64,000 nt of DNA from Octopus vulgaris (lineage: Eukaryota): NCBI GenBank assembly GCA_951406725.2, contig OX597816.1, positions 19,468,001 to 19,532,000 on the forward strand, read 5' to 3'. A program made the position numbers and the translations under genes. Position 1 is the first letter of the stretch. Each line of letters begins with the position of its first letter. The notes under the pieces were generated by a model. That model did not search any database, was not told where the DNA came from, and worked only from the letters and a program-made list of their open reading frames with translations. Below are positions 1-13,597 of this stretch, piece after piece.

Positions 1-360
1 CAGCAAAAAATTCCATCGCAAAGTAAGATTTCGATTGTTGAATGATAAAACTTCTAATACAGATAAAAAAAAACATGTAAAATATATATTACATACCAGA
101 AATTATAAAATAAAGCAGGCTAAGTAGATATCAAACTGACCATCCCTTGAACCTGAAGGTGGTTCACAGTTTTACAGTAAAATGTTTTAACATCAATAGT
201 TTAAATGCTCGGCTTTTTTAATGAACACATAAGCAAACATTACAAAATAAAGACCATTGTTAATGAAGGTGATTAAAAAAAATATCAGGAAAATAATTAG
301 TAAATTTAGCCTTATTATATGTTTGTTATTCATTACGAAATTGCCCAAAATTATCTGTCT

Positions 361-733
361 CAAGGACAGACAAACGGAGTAAGTCGATTATATCGACCCC
401 AGTGCGTAACTGGTACTTATTTAATAGACCCCGAAAGGATGAAAGGCAAAGTCGACCTCGGCGGAATTTGAACTCAGGACGTAACGGCAGACGAAATACC
501 TATATCTTTACTACTCACAAGGGACTAAACACAGAGGGGACAAACAAAGACAGACAAACGGATGAAGTCGATTATATCGACCCCAGTGCGTGACTGGTAC
601 TTATTTAATCGACCCCGAAAGGATGAAAAGCAAAGTCGATCTCGGCGGAACTTGAACTTAGGACGTAGCGGTAGACGAAATACCGCTAAGCATTTCGCCT
701 GGGCGTGCTAACATTCCTGCCAGCTCGTCGCCC
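361..733 (-). mobile_element. SINE family B with internal tandem duplication
   Basis: Reverse complement of GGCGAGCTGGCAG...GAGTTCAAATTCC (B-box-like) followed by GTCGACTTTGCCTTTCATCCTTTCGGGGTCGAT...AAGTACCAG (resembles the Nin/Deu SINE domain). The body occurs twice. Many other copies are in the window. Confidence 0.88.
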
Positions 734-1651
734 TATATAAACGATATATATATCACAAATGAAATGGCTCGTAAACAATGCATTTGTGGGCGAAGAAAAT
801 GACACAATTCATGAAAAATTTATTGTACATAATCACGTTACAATACTATGAAGTAAATTTTGTGCGTTCAATCCATAATTGACAACAAATACTATACCTT
901 AATTCGTCTACAATATAAGAAACGTAATTATCTCGCTATAAATTGACACAACGCACATATATATTCTGTGCAGATACAAAATTAACGCTAGAAAAAACAT
1001 CAAATTACATGCTTTAAGCTATTTTCATCGTGAGAGCTTTTAAATTAGGAGGTTGCAGTAATGTAAGTAAAACATTCTTCCTTCCTCTTCACACAACACT
1101 CTCACTTTCAAAGTTTCATTTTTTTCAGCTCACTGATGAGTCTTTTATAAGTTATCGTATGTCAAACAGCCTTAGTAAATACCCATACAAGCAAATTTCA
1201 CTTTGTAGCCTCTCAAACGTTAATACATATTGCCGAAGATCGTTCCTATATGTTTTTGAGTTACTACAGCAGAGTATCTGAATAACATTCGCATTAATAT
1301 TTGCAGTGTCTGTAATTCCTTACCCTATTAAAAATGTTATTTTAAATTATCTCCTCTGTTAAATTAAAATACTTATCGTGTTCAGAGTCACTTAAGGAGG
1401 TTTAACTCCTCCACATATTATACATTAGTTTATCAAATATTTTGGATTTTCGTTTACATTTCGCTGGCTTCGATCAAAAAATTTTTATTTTCCTTCTAAT
1501 CACCCATATCTCAATCCATTACATCAGCTATCATTGCAACTTCTAAGAATGTTTTCATAGAAGAGTCTTATGTTCTGCATATATCTCTTCGTTCAAAAGC
1601 ATAAGGAGGATGAAATTTGTGAATGAATAAAACAATATTAGAGAGATATTG

Positions 1652-2105
1652 GGAGTAGGAGTGGCTGTGTGGTAAGTAGCTTGCTTACCAACCACATGAT
1701 TCTGGGTTCAGTCCCACTGCGTGGCAACTTGGGCAAGTATATTCTACTAAAACCTCGGGCCGACCAAAGCTTTGTGAGTGGATTTGGTCGAGGGAAACTG
1801 AAAGAAGCCCGTCGTATTTATGTATTTATATATATATATATATATGTGTGTGTGTGAGTTTGAGTACGTGTGTATGGGGGGTGCGTATATTTGCGTGTCT
1901 GTGAGTTCCCCCAACATCACTTGACAACCAATGCTGGTGTGTTTACGTCCCTATAACTTAGCGGTTCGGCAAAAGAGACCGATAGAATAAGTACTAGTCT
2001 TACAAAGAATAAGCCCTGGAGTCGATTTGCTCGACTAAAGGCGGTGCTTCAGCATGGCCGCAGTCAAATGGTTGAAACAAGTAGAAGAGTAAAAGAGTAA
2101 AAGAG
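1652..2105 (+). mobile_element. SINE family A, full length (tRNA-derived head, internal microsatellite, LINE-like tail)
   Basis: A box TGGCTGTGTGG, B box GGTTCAGTCCC, CORE-like CTTGGGCAAGT, internal (TA)/(TG), tail GGCGGTGCTTCAGCATGGCC...(TAAAAGAG)n. About 12 copies in the window. Confidence 0.92.
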
Positions 2106-2217
2106 ATATATCATGAATTTAACTCTGTCCTATTTAAATATTCTTAGAAAATTCAATGATAACCAGTGTAATGAAAATCCATTTCCGCATAGGCATGTGC
2201 GTTTAGACATGTATATA

Positions 2218-2445
2218 TACAGGGTACGGTGAATAAATTGTGGTCTAAATTAAACAAAAATGAAAGTAACATTGACATCTGATTTTATGAAATATATTTG
2301 CCAAAAGTACATAAAAATATCTTGTAATTCTAAAGAGGAAATGTATTCAATTAAATCGTCATGGGGTTCTACCACGGCCTCCAGACGTATCTCGAATATC
2401 ATGCAAATCTTCTGGACTGTCTCCTTGTTTCAGTTGATTTGGCAC
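2218..2445 (-). mobile_element. Tc1/mariner-type transposon end with transposase C-terminal remnant
   Basis: TA + CAGGGT terminus at 2218-2225. Minus strand reads NKETVQKICMIFEIRLEAVVEPHDDLIE, like the Tc1/mariner C-terminal motif RLEAVVEANGxxIE. Confidence 0.7.
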
Positions 2446-3039
2446 CATCTGGCTATAGTCAGTTCCCAACAATAGATAAAAAGTGCTGGGAATCAGTATC
2501 ACAGTGATGATAGCGTCATATCGCGGGTTGATGAGAATTTTCATCAACAGGATGAGCGCTTCTTCGCGTAGGAAAGAAGCCTGTAGACCGTATAGGAGTC
2601 TATGTTGGAAAAGTAAACCTCATTAGGTAACATTCTATGAGAGTATCTTGGTCAGTTCATGAACTCTTCAACCGAACCTTCTACACATACATACATACAC
2701 ACATACATACTTGTACATATGTATGTGTGTATGTATGTATGCATGTATGCAACGTTCTTGTATATCAACAAATATATATTAGCTTTCTAAGGACACATGT
2801 AGGTACTTATGAACTTGGATCAAACTGTGAGGAGAATTACATACGAATGACGAACATAAATGGAAATGTCAGTGATTAAATCTTAATTGATAATCCACAT
2901 ATCTGTCTGCAATGTCTTTGCAAACTTCTGCGACTACGTTTTCTTCAACTGATTCCTGCAAAACCATTATTCCTTGGAATTACGGTGATTAAATCTGCGC
3001 CAAATATATTATGGAATATCACTTGAATTAATACCAGCA

Positions 3040-3261
3040 CACAAACACACGCACGCACACGCTCAAACTCACACGTACGCACACACACACACACACACAC
3101 ACACGTACGCACAAAAACACATACGAACACACGCGCATACATACGAACACTGATATACGCATATGTATATACATATACATACGTAGATAGTTGTATGTAT
3201 ATAAGTATATATGTGTACATAAAGATGCATGCATATATGCGCACACAGACATATATACGTT

Positions 3262-3293
<32 letters not shown>

Positions 3294-3312
3294 TATATAA
3301 GTATATATATAA

Positions 3313-3383
<71 letters not shown>
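3040..3383. repeat. (CA)n/(TA)n compound microsatellite
   Basis: Direct inspection. Confidence 0.95.
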
Positions 3384-3387
<4 letters not shown>

Positions 3388-4429
3388 TTTGCTACATTAA
3401 CTACTAGCCATCTTCCATCTATAAAATGTTGGCGTCTTATATAGTAGAATGACCTTTGTATGAAATTGGGAAGAATCATGAATTGAAAATAATATTACAA
3501 GGACTGGAAGAACGAAAGAAAAAATCTAAACAATAAAGAAAATTATTACAGTGTTATAGACAAGGAAGGAATCAGTTTTGACATTAGGACCTGATCTGAC
3601 AAGATATGTTTCAAAATTTTCCATGCAAGGCCATCTTCAAATGTTAATGCTTCGTCCAAATTCTCATATTTTTGACCTGTATAGGTCTTAGTTTAATCTA
3701 AAATAAGATTCTCATGTTCTTTCTCGAAATTATGAATACTAAAATTGACTCTTCATATAGTTCATTTTAATGTGGAATAGTATTGTGTTTTATTTCTTAT
3801 CGGCAGTATAAATAAATTAAAAATTATTTGTAGTCAATCTTTTCTCCGATACAGCGTACTCGTTTGGCGCTGTGTTGCCTCTATTTTGTATGTTGGTAGA
3901 AACGGCTCTCAAAAGCAGCTGCCGTTTGTTGCTTTATTGCTACTCATTATGCCATAGGCGATAGTAAACCTACCTGAAGCACATATATCCGACACAACCA
4001 CTAAAATTACATTACTTGAGTTGATAAGCGAAATTGAGTTTGTATTTACATGCCAAAAACTAAAATTGTAAGTGTTCACATGTATTAGAAAGCTAAGATA
4101 CCTTTTCCTCTTTACTTTTGGATATAAATAATTGTGTTGTATAGCTTTCAATGCGTATTTATTTCTTACGTGACTTACAGTAGAGTACATTTCTCACTAA
4201 AACTATTCACGCATACTTACAAAAAATATATATCTAAAAGTACACATATGCGGAATAAATGTTTATTTCTAGTAGGAATTGTTAATTTTTTATCCTATCA
4301 ACACTCGATATCACTCTATATCACTAGCTCTTCTTCTGTGTAAAAAACAATCATCAAATATTTAGATTTAATAGAAGACTTGAAATACTTCCTTCTATCA
4401 ATACAAAGCTATACATTTAGGAAGAGGTG

Positions 4430-4820
4430 TTAGTCAATTATTCTAATCCTAGTATTTGACTTGTACTTATTTTATCGATCCCAATATAATTAAAGGCAAA
4501 GCTGACCAGGGTGATATTTCACCTTACACTGCGAAGCCGGATATAATGTCACTAAGCATTTGGGACGGTATGATAGCGATTGTGCTAGCAGGCAGCTTAA
4601 TATGATCGCTTCTACAAGAAGCAAGCGGCCTGAAACATTGGAGAAGGTGACTAATCGATTAGATCGACCCTTATGCTTCATTGATACTTATTTTATTTAC
4701 CTCGGAAGGAGGAAAAACAACGTCGACTCCGGTGGTATTTGAATTGAAAAAGTAAAATCGTATCAAGTGACGCTACGCATTTTGTCCAGAGCGATAACCA
4801 TTCTACCAGCTCACCGCTTG
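4430..4820 (-). mobile_element. Two old, degenerate SINE family B copies
   Basis: Diverged matches to family B (GTACTTATTTTATCGATCCC...AAGGCAAAG...CCAGCTCACCGC). Confidence 0.65.
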
Positions 4821-5491
4821 AAATCATAATTCGAAATATATAGTATATAACCTCAAATTTAATATTGCAATACAGTAGCAGAATATATGCTAAATATATG
4901 TTACCAAGTCAAAATAAATGCAAAATGGACTGTATTGATTCTATGTTACTTAACTAACTTTCAACGCAGTACCTAGAGATAATCTATTACGCATAGTAAC
5001 TCTCTATAAGCAGTCAAACTTACGCAGATTATATATCAATGCACATATAAAAATCATGTCTGGTTTGCATATTTTATAGCTGTTGAACTTTATACGTAAG
5101 TTTAGAGTAGTGTATCTAAGTTTTAAGGTATTTATAAGCAATTGCTATCATGTTAAACAAGTCTCTGACTTATATATACCAGAGCTCTACTAAATTTGCA
5201 ATATTGTTTCCCCAGGGTTTGCAATAAAGATTATTTCTTTTAGTTTAACATTAATTTCAGATTAGTCTGTGCAAAATTATGGCGCTTTAAAATTTATTTT
5301 GCATGGACACATTTTCTAAAACTTTGACTCACATGGCTTGTCCTCACTCCTACTTTAGCTTAATGCAATATATAGATATATGTATACAAATATATTTATG
5401 TCCGTATATACGTACCTATATACAAAAAACTGAATGTATATACATCATATATATGCATATACAAGAATAAACACTCAGAGGAACATAATAT

Positions 5492-5556
<65 letters not shown>

Positions 5557-6411
5557 AGCTTGTGTCATCAAAAATTGCCATATTTCAGAACACAAAAGAG
5601 AACTAATTATCCAAAAGCAAAATATATGCACGTCACTGAGTTTGCTAAAAATCCAGTCTCACTGAGAAATATTGTGTGCTCTGAAAAGCGCTTAGAAATG
5701 CGATGAACTCATTTTGCATTATGTGGAATGCATTTAATAAAATTTCCTGTATTGAGTTCATTTAATTTTTTTATTTCTAAAATATTTTTTGTGATCCCCG
5801 AGTCACCAAAATATATATGCATCTTTACGTATTTCTTTAATTGCTACATTTAGAATACAACCTAAAGACATGAAAAAAAAAAAACTACGTAATATCTTCA
5901 AAACGCAGGTTTTCACTGTTCAACATCAAAAATCATTCTATGAACTCGTTCATGGCTAGATGTTCTATTTATTGAAAACAAGGTTAAAATTGCAATATAT
6001 CGCTATCTCGAAAACAATACTTGTTTTCTCCTTCAAATAAATGTCACAGAACATCATTCATGTTAATTTTCTGTTTCCTTCGCGTATTTCTTTTATTATC
6101 TGTAACTGAAGTGGAAATTTTAATTCGTGCGCAATAGCTTCACAGAAGTCGCATATAATTTTGACAATTGCGAGGATGATTTTTATCGGTACTGTCAAAA
6201 GACAGCCAATGCTCAGAATAAAGTTGTTTAAATGTCAATATAAAATCTTCATTATACGTCCATATGTGTGAATGTGCGAGTATATGTGTGCATGTTTATA
6301 AGTTTGTCTGAACATATATGTACGCAGTGTTTTACAGCAAGATTCATGAGCCAAACACCAAGTATAAGTTTCTATAAGAGAACAGTGTATATACCTTCAC
6401 TTGTAATTATA

Positions 6412-6459
<48 letters not shown>

Positions 6460-6463
<4 letters not shown>

Positions 6464-6752
6464 AGATAAGAAAATGGATATATATATATATATATGCAAT
6501 ATGTGTACAGGACGTCACCAACATGCAATATGTGTACAGGACGTCACCAACAGTAAACAACATGAAGTATGAAAACAGATGAGTTAAATACGCAAATAGC
6601 GAGAGCCAAAAGTACAAGTAATACAAAGAATGACCCTACATCAGTTGTTGGCTGTCTATCTCATTTCCTCATTTCCAGCAATCAATGACAATATGAATCT
6701 TCGAAGACAGTTGGTCCCATAAATACCACGATAAAATTTGGGATCTTGGATA
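6460..6752 (-). mobile_element. Interspersed repeat fragment between (TA)n tracts, with a 29-bp tandem duplication
   Basis: Bounded by TA runs. ATGCAATATGTGTACAGGACGTCACCAAC occurs twice (6494-6551). Minus strand has an isolated CTGATGTAGGG. Confidence 0.45.
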
Positions 6753-6823
6753 TATATATATATGCATATGTAAGTGTATAAATATATTTACAGAAAGAGA
6801 AAGACGGACAGACAGACAGACAT

Positions 6824-6875
<52 letters not shown>

Positions 6876-7850
6876 GATTCAGAGAATATAATAGTTATTT
6901 ATTACATGGAAAATGCGTGCAAGAGAAATAATATTCCTAACTTTATAAGCATGGAAAATGGCAGGACAAGTCCTTAGACGTGGAAAGGTTCAGGGCAACT
7001 TATTATAACTGCTAAAGTACAAAACGAGAAAAGTTTTACTTAAAGTATTGCAGATAAGGATAATATTTCAAATGAAATATTTAGATTTAGAAAATATTAG
7101 GTTGTTTAAAACTAAGCATTTTGTTACAAGTTATTGCTTCTATTTGTTATTTCTTGTTACTCCATTAAAATTTAAAAAACAACTCAATGAAAATATTTTT
7201 TGCACTTTAAAAACATTCATTTTTTAAATAATTAATTAATGATCAGAAATTTTAAAATAGGTTATAAAAATAATAGTAGTACAAAATTAGTTGTTACAAT
7301 AAATTGAATAATACAAAACTTAGTTATACATTGCAAGTAAAATCTAACTATAACAACTAATTCATAGCAAAATTTGATTGATTTATGACCCAAGACTTCA
7401 CACTTTTCCTCTTGAGCGATTGCCTATTTTTTACATAATGAATTCACTTACCATACTGTTATACTTTTAGATATATTGGTAATTCTGGCTCCCATTTTAA
7501 AAGTAATCTAGTATGTCAACATTTTAACAAGCTGATGGTATATTTTTAATTATAATGTTTGTATAATAACATCAATAATGATTTTAATATTCAAATTTTA
7601 TCCTTAGTAAACATTTTCTTGTTTTGTTTCAGATGTAATAGGTTTTCCTGATATTTTGCAAGATAATAAAAGAAATATGCGAAGGATATTAACTTGTTCA
7701 ATAATTTTCCAGATATATAATCTGAAGAATATTATTTTTCTTGCTCTCATGTTTCCATGTAATCCATGTTTTCCCCAGGCTTTGCTATTATGCTAATCTA
7801 TATGTCAATTGATAATGTTTCAATTAATAATGCTAATTAATAATATGCCC

Positions 7851-7961
7851 GTGGACATATGGCGTTGAGTTTAAGAGCACAGGCTACTAACCCCAAGATT
7901 CCGAGTTCGATTCCAGGCAGTGACCTGAACAATAATATTAATGATAATAATAACAAAATAA

Positions 7962-8002
<41 letters not shown>

Positions 8003-8186
8003 CAACAACAACATCGGAAAATACGTTAGGAATGATAACCCAGGTACTAAATTTCCCCAAGACACCTGAAAACCTGGAGAGTATATCAGCCGAGACATTG
8101 TGTTAACAACACACAAGATGAGGACAAATATCCGTCGAATGTGAATAATGTACATAATTCCTTATCTCGTAAATAAAGAATTGTAA
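7851..8186 (+). mobile_element. tRNA-headed element: tRNA-like head + (AAT)n + tail with degenerate hammerhead
   Basis: A-box-like TGGCGTTGAGTT, B box GAGTTCGATTCC, (AAT)/(AAC) run, then ACAC-CTGAAAA-CCTG...CAGCC-GAGAC-ATT-GTGT. The tail recurs at 29190-29280 (-). Confidence 0.7.
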
Positions 8187-8984
8187 GATAAAACACACAT
8201 ATACACACAGCATACAGATATATTTATACGTACATACATCCACACACAAATATATATATGCATATACATATACATTTATACGTACATACATCCAGACAGA
8301 TATATATATATATATGCATATACATATACACGCTGAAATCCATTACCATATATGCGTTTGCATATAAGTGTACATTTCTGTGTGTGTGTTTAACTATACC
8401 TTTAGTAATGTTTAGCTTGTTGAAACAGTTGTTGAGGCAAATGAAATTATAAACCAGGTTGGAAATTTGTGGATCTCATTTTTAATGTTAACTCTGTTTG
8501 TTTGAAGAATCGATTTAGCCGATAAAGTATATTCGTGGAACCTGATTCATCTTAGAGTTACTGCAATGAAGAAATGAGTGGGAATTTAATGACCTGTTAT
8601 TAATTAGGCTCTTAAGTAGTGTGGATTTACTTTTTCAATGTGTATACATCGATTCTCAACACATAGGTATATGTGTGCACGCGTGAATGTATGTGACTGA
8701 CCGTATAAGCGTATAAGCTTGTAAATATCTCGTTTACTTTCTTTTGAAATTTTTCCTAAGTGAAATATATCACGAGAATATATATATAAGACACAAATAA
8801 TTCAGATGTTTTTACTGTTTTTGTATTGAAATAAAGAAAAAAAAGAAACGGATATTGTTTAATTTTAACCAGCATGAACAAAACAAGCGTTGCTGTTAAT
8901 ATAGTTAAAATTTCATTCACAGTAGGAACGTCTAAGCTGATACACGCATATAAACTTTGTGCATTGTCTATTTAAATGTATTTA

Positions 8985-9552
8985 TTTATTTTTTTATTTT
9001 ATTTTATCTAGTTTCAGCTCACGAGCTTTGGCCATGCTGGGACACCGCCACTTGTTGTTGCTACATGATTTTACTTCACGAATGCTGTTTAGCAAATGCC
9101 ATTTGGTGCATGAGAGAGTTCGATGCAGCTGCCCTCATCTGCACCTCCTGTCGTGAAGTTTGTTCATCTGGGACACCTGACAAGAAGAGATCCAGTTTTA
9201 TTTTAAAGACATCCGCATCCACCCAATGCAGGTCTCTCAGGTTCTTCGGGAGGATATTGAAGAGCTGTGAGCCTCTGAAGCTCAGGCTATCACAGTATCT
9301 TGTCCTACATCTTGATGGCAAATTTGGAGCCCTTGGCACTATGCAGTGGCGCCTAGTTCTAGCATTTGTGTAACTCTCGATGCCAAAGTTTGGGACAAGT
9401 CATTCTAGGATATTCAAGATGTATATTATGGCATATCTTTCTTGCCTACGCTCTAAGGAATAGAGTCTTAATGTCTTGAGTCTTTCCCAGTAGCTTATAT
9501 GCTGCACAGAGGCTATCTTCTTCGTGTAGCTTCGTTGGATCGCCTCAAGTTG
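8985..9552 (-). mobile_element. 5'-truncated CR1-group LINE (RT C-terminus and 3' tail)
   Basis: Minus strand reads LEAIQRSYTKKI..SYWERLKTLRLYSLERRQERY..*..RGSQLFNILPKNLRDL..FKIKLDLFLSGVPDE with one in-frame stop. Tail GGCGGTGTCCCAGCATGGCC...GCTGAAAC(TAAAA)n. Confidence 0.88.
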
Positions 9553-9680
9553 TATGTATGTATGTATCCATTTATATATCTATTTATCTATATTTTACTG
9601 ATCTTTATCGCTCCCACTCACATTTTTCTCTCTCTCTCTGCATATACTTACATACATGCATACATGCATACATACATACA

Positions 9681-9716
<36 letters not shown>

Positions 9717-9739
9717 TACATATATACATGCATATATAT

Positions 9740-10050
9740 TCTTTTTATTCTTATAATTGCTTCAGTCATGCTGAAGTACCGCTTGTCATCGATCAAATCG
9801 TCTGAAACACTTATTCTTCGTAAAACCGCACCTTTATTTCCTCGGTCACTTTTGCCACACAAATAAGCTACGGGGATGTAAACACACCAACATCGGTTGT
9901 CAACTGATTGTGAGGGTACAAACAGACGCACAAAAACATACATTTGTGCGTGTGTGTATTTGTACGACCTGCTTCTTTCAGTTTCCGTCAATCACATCCA
10001 ATCACCTTGGGGGTGGGAAGCAAATTTCTTACCACACAGCCACTCCTGCG

Positions 10051-10100
<50 letters not shown>

Positions 10101-10252
10101 TTCGACGGGCTTCTTTCAGTTTCCCTCTAGGAAATCCACTCACAAGGTTTTGGACGGCTCGAGGATATAGTAGAAGACACTTACCCAAGTTGCCACGCAG
10201 TGGGACTGAACCCTGAAACATGTGGGTCGTAAGCAAGGTATTTACCACACAG

Positions 10253-10254
<2 letters not shown>
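9740..10254 (-). mobile_element. SINE family A with two heads (one internally deleted)
   Basis: Tail at 9740-9960, shortened head 9963-10053, (TA)n, second head 10103-10254. Confidence 0.85.
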
Positions 10255-10296
<42 letters not shown>

Positions 10297-10535
10297 GGGA
10301 GCAGGGACAGACATTTAGAAATAAAAAGAGTGAAAGAAAGAAAAGTAGTGAGAGAATGAGACAGATAATAAGGAAAATCATGAGTGAATCAAAGTTTCGG
10401 ATATTTTTTCTTCTCTTAATTAGAAAGTGAGTGTAAACCTAAATGTGCAATTTCAAAACGGAATGTGTATGTGCGTATAACCTAGAGATTTTACACGATC
10501 AAATTACTCAAAATAACAGTAATCTGGAAGAAAGG

Positions 10536-10950
10536 TTAGCACGCCAGGCGAAATGCATCGCGGTATTTCGTCTGTCGAGCTGGCAGAAAACTTAGCACGC
10601 CGGGCGAAATGCGTAGCCGTATTTCGTCTGTCGTTACGTTGTGAGTTCAAATTCCGCCGAGGTCAACTTTGCCTTTCATCCTTTCGGAGTCGACAAATTA
10701 AGTACCAGTTATGCACTTAATCGACTTAATACCTATGTATGTCCTTGTTTGTCAACTCTGTGTTTAGCCCCATGTGGGTAATAAAGAAATAGGTATTTCG
10801 TCTGCCTTTACGTTCTGAGTTCAAATTCCGCCGAGGTTGAATTTATTTTTCATGATTTAGGAGATGATACATTAAGTACCAGTTGCATACTAGGTCGATC
10901 TAATCGACCGGCCCTTTCTCCAAAGTGTCAGGCCTTGTACCTTGAGTAGA
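10536..10950 (+). mobile_element. SINE family B, compound copy
   Basis: Duplicated head segment and two GAGTTCAAATTCCGCCGAGGT...AAGTACCAG bodies. Confidence 0.85.
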
Positions 10951-11180
10951 ATTGGATAAGAAAATTACTCAAAACAACAAACACCTATTCCATTTCAGCA
11001 GAGTAGAATACAAGTACGTTCACATGGGAGACAAAAAAAGCAAATTAAAAGTTAGTATATAAAATAATGATAAATACCTACGAAGAGAAAGTAAAGTGTA
11101 AATCAAGAAAGTCCAAAATGAAGTGTCTCAGTTCATATATTTTATCACATTTAGCTGAGTCTGTGTTTTATTTAGTTACT

Positions 11181-11213
11181 CAGACGTGGTTGTGTGGTAA
11201 GAAGTTTGTTTCC
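11181..11213 (+). mobile_element. 5' fragment of a SINE family A head, interrupted by an insertion
   Basis: GTGGTTGTGTGGTAAGAAGTTTGTTTCC. The SINE continues at 13414. Confidence 0.65.
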
Positions 11214-12242
11214 GGTAAAGCGTTTGCTAGTCGAATTATTGGTTTTGTTTGTGACACACTTGTCTTTTGGCTGTCTTGGCGGTGCGACGTATTCCCACAA
11301 CTCACCGCACGACTCGCTGAATTGTGATAATTTGAATTCTTCTTCTTCAGACTTTATGTCGTCTGAGGAAGAAAGAGTAGAGTGTTTGCGGAGGATAGAC
11401 GAAGTAATGGCGACAAAGTATTATGCAGAGGCGACGAAAGAAACGGTCAAATAAAGTCAAGGAAACGATTAAAAGGGAGGGGAAGTAAGTGAAGTTGTCC
11501 CCACTCAAAGAAGTGTTATGGGGAAAAAAATGAAAAAACAATAATTTATAGTGTGTACTCAGTAGCAGCGAGGAAGATTGAAATGATGACGATGGCTGAA
11601 ATAGAAAAGGCATTTAAACCAATCTGGCAAGGAATTTCCTACCTCGCAATGGAAAAAAATTGGTATAGCGGAGGTGCGTTTTCGGGAGGTAGCTAGTGCC
11701 ACGCTGCACTCAGCTAAACCTTTGAAATCCGAAGAAGTCGTGCTTCTCTCTGTATACCTTGGAAGACGTGCTTCCAGGGTTAGGGTAGAAAACATACACC
11801 CAGAAGTGGATGCAGTCTAGCTGGTAGCTGCCATACTGCTAGGCGTGGAGGAGACGATGGTGGCCCTCCAGGCCACCAGAACACCCCGCAGGAACTGGCA
11901 AGGGTAAAGCCTGGACATGGTGGTACAGGTTGCCTTGGAAGATATCGAAAGTATGGTAGAGAATATTACGGTCGGCGACGTAACTCTAGAAGTCAGAGGG
12001 GAGGGAGGATTTCATGCTGCTCTAAATATGGTCTGAAGGGTCCCATTAGAGCAGATTGTCCTACACCACCTGTGAAGATTAAGGAAAGATAGCACGCTGA
12101 GGAAGTATTTGACAATCCATTGTCCGTGGAGACTGAGAGGAGGCGTGAAAAGGTGAGTGAAATGGCACCACAGACGAAAACAAGAGGAGAACGCAAACTG
12201 GAAAATGGTAGGAAAAGAAGGAAGATGAGAAAAAAGGACACA

Positions 12243-12579
12243 TGTTGTAAAGGATGACCCTCAGCCCACGCGGATCCCACTGACAGCCACTCTATCCCAA
12301 CCACTCCCTACAGACACCATCCCTCTCTATGCTTTATCTGACATAAACACAAGAACAAACACACAGCAGCCTCAAATTTACCTACCCTCGCCCTGTAATG
12401 AAACATATGTGATAACTTCCATGCTTTCTGATATTCGCCAACACTACACCTGGTTTTCTCCCCTCCATACACACACAAGCATGTATCTGACTCATACATT
12501 GTTCGCTTTCCAGACATTTGTGCATTACTGCATATACTCTGACAAGTTGTGGTGCACCTGAGCACTGTATACAATAATT

Positions 12580-12627
<48 letters not shown>
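12243..12627 (+). mobile_element. 3' end/UTR of a LINE with (ATT)n tail
   Basis: Abrupt compositional switch inside the ORF1 remnant. Ends GTGGTGCACCTGAGCACTGTATACAATAATTTC(ATT)n. Confidence 0.55.
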
Positions 12628-12628
<1 letters not shown>

Positions 12629-12874
12629 TTTTTTTTTTCTTCTTTCAAATTTTCTTCCATTTCTTGCCGAGTGTCTTCCCGACTCCTAGGGCAAAGAAAC
12701 TCATAGTGTATATTGGTAGGCCATTAAACCAAACTCAGTAGTTCGTTAATTTTTTTTTTTTTTTTTTTTTTTTTAAGTTAAATTAAAATGCATGAGCAGC
12801 AACAGTTCTCACATCGACAATGCTCTTCTCAATACGTGTGATGTACCAGTTAAGACAATCTTTTGCACTTCTTG

Positions 12875-12877
<3 letters not shown>
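12628..12877 (-). mobile_element. 5'-truncated Dong/R4-clade non-LTR element in (TAA)n
   Basis: Minus strand reads MQEVQKIVLTGTSHVLRRALSM* (R4-type C-terminal QKxxLxGTxxILR), then a 3' UTR. (ATT)n on both sides. Confidence 0.8.
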
Positions 12878-12937
<60 letters not shown>

Positions 12938-13413
12938 GTACAACGAACCAAACAATGAGATAGACTAGTGGGACGGAGATATAAAAGTGGATGTAACGGG
13001 AGTAAGGGATCTGCTCGTGTACATTCAATGAGCGTTGGCAAACCCTGAGTATCTGTTCAGATTAAAGGATTATGTAGAACATTTTGACTGCGAGACGTGG
13101 GTGAAGAAAATAAACAACACCACAGTGCCTGAACGGGTAAGATATTTTGATACTTTAGAGAAATATAATATAGACGTTCTGCGGAGAAATGGAGATTAGC
13201 TGTGCAAATGGTGTTGCAAACAGCATTGTTAACTCATATTCTAAAAACAAATATCACCAGGTTCACTGAAGTTGCTCGGTGGGTCTAAAGTGCTTCATTT
13301 CCTTTTTCATTTTATCCAATTCATCTTTTTCATTCGTTTTTTTTTATCATTATTTGTATCCACCTTGTGCTGCTACTTATATGTACGGCCTTCGTGGAAA
13401 CTTTCATGAAATA

Positions 13414-13558
13414 AAGAAGCGTGCTTCTCAACAACATTGTTCTATGTTCATTCCCACTGCGTGACATTATGAGCAGATGTCTCCTGCTATAGACTCCGGC
13501 TAACCAAAGCCTTGCGAGTGGATCTGGTAGACGGAAACAGAAAGTATCTTGTTGTGCG

Positions 13559-13597
<39 letters not shown>

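Larger units (their letters stand above)
11214..13413 (+). mobile_element. Decayed ORF1-only non-LTR element (L1/Tx1-like), interrupted by two younger insertions
   Basis: ATG at 11356 (MSSEEERVECL...). Disrupted frame AEVRF...VYLGRRASRVRVENIHPEVD..., then degenerate zinc knuckle CSKYGLKGPIRADC (~12019-12060; CX2CX4HX4C with C>Y and H>P single-base changes). Coding-like sequence resumes at 12938-13199. It ends in AAATAAA and is flanked by a ~15-bp duplication. Confidence 0.65.

Noticed and set aside
1132-1175. CTGATGAG as a hammerhead start
   Set aside because: No stem II or GAAA partner downstream.
3595-3645. Minus-strand TTGAAGATGGCC...GAAACATATC (similar cases at 29051-29080 and 58850-58875)
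   Set aside because: May be very old hammerhead relics, but the cores are mutated and the stems do not pair well enough to call.
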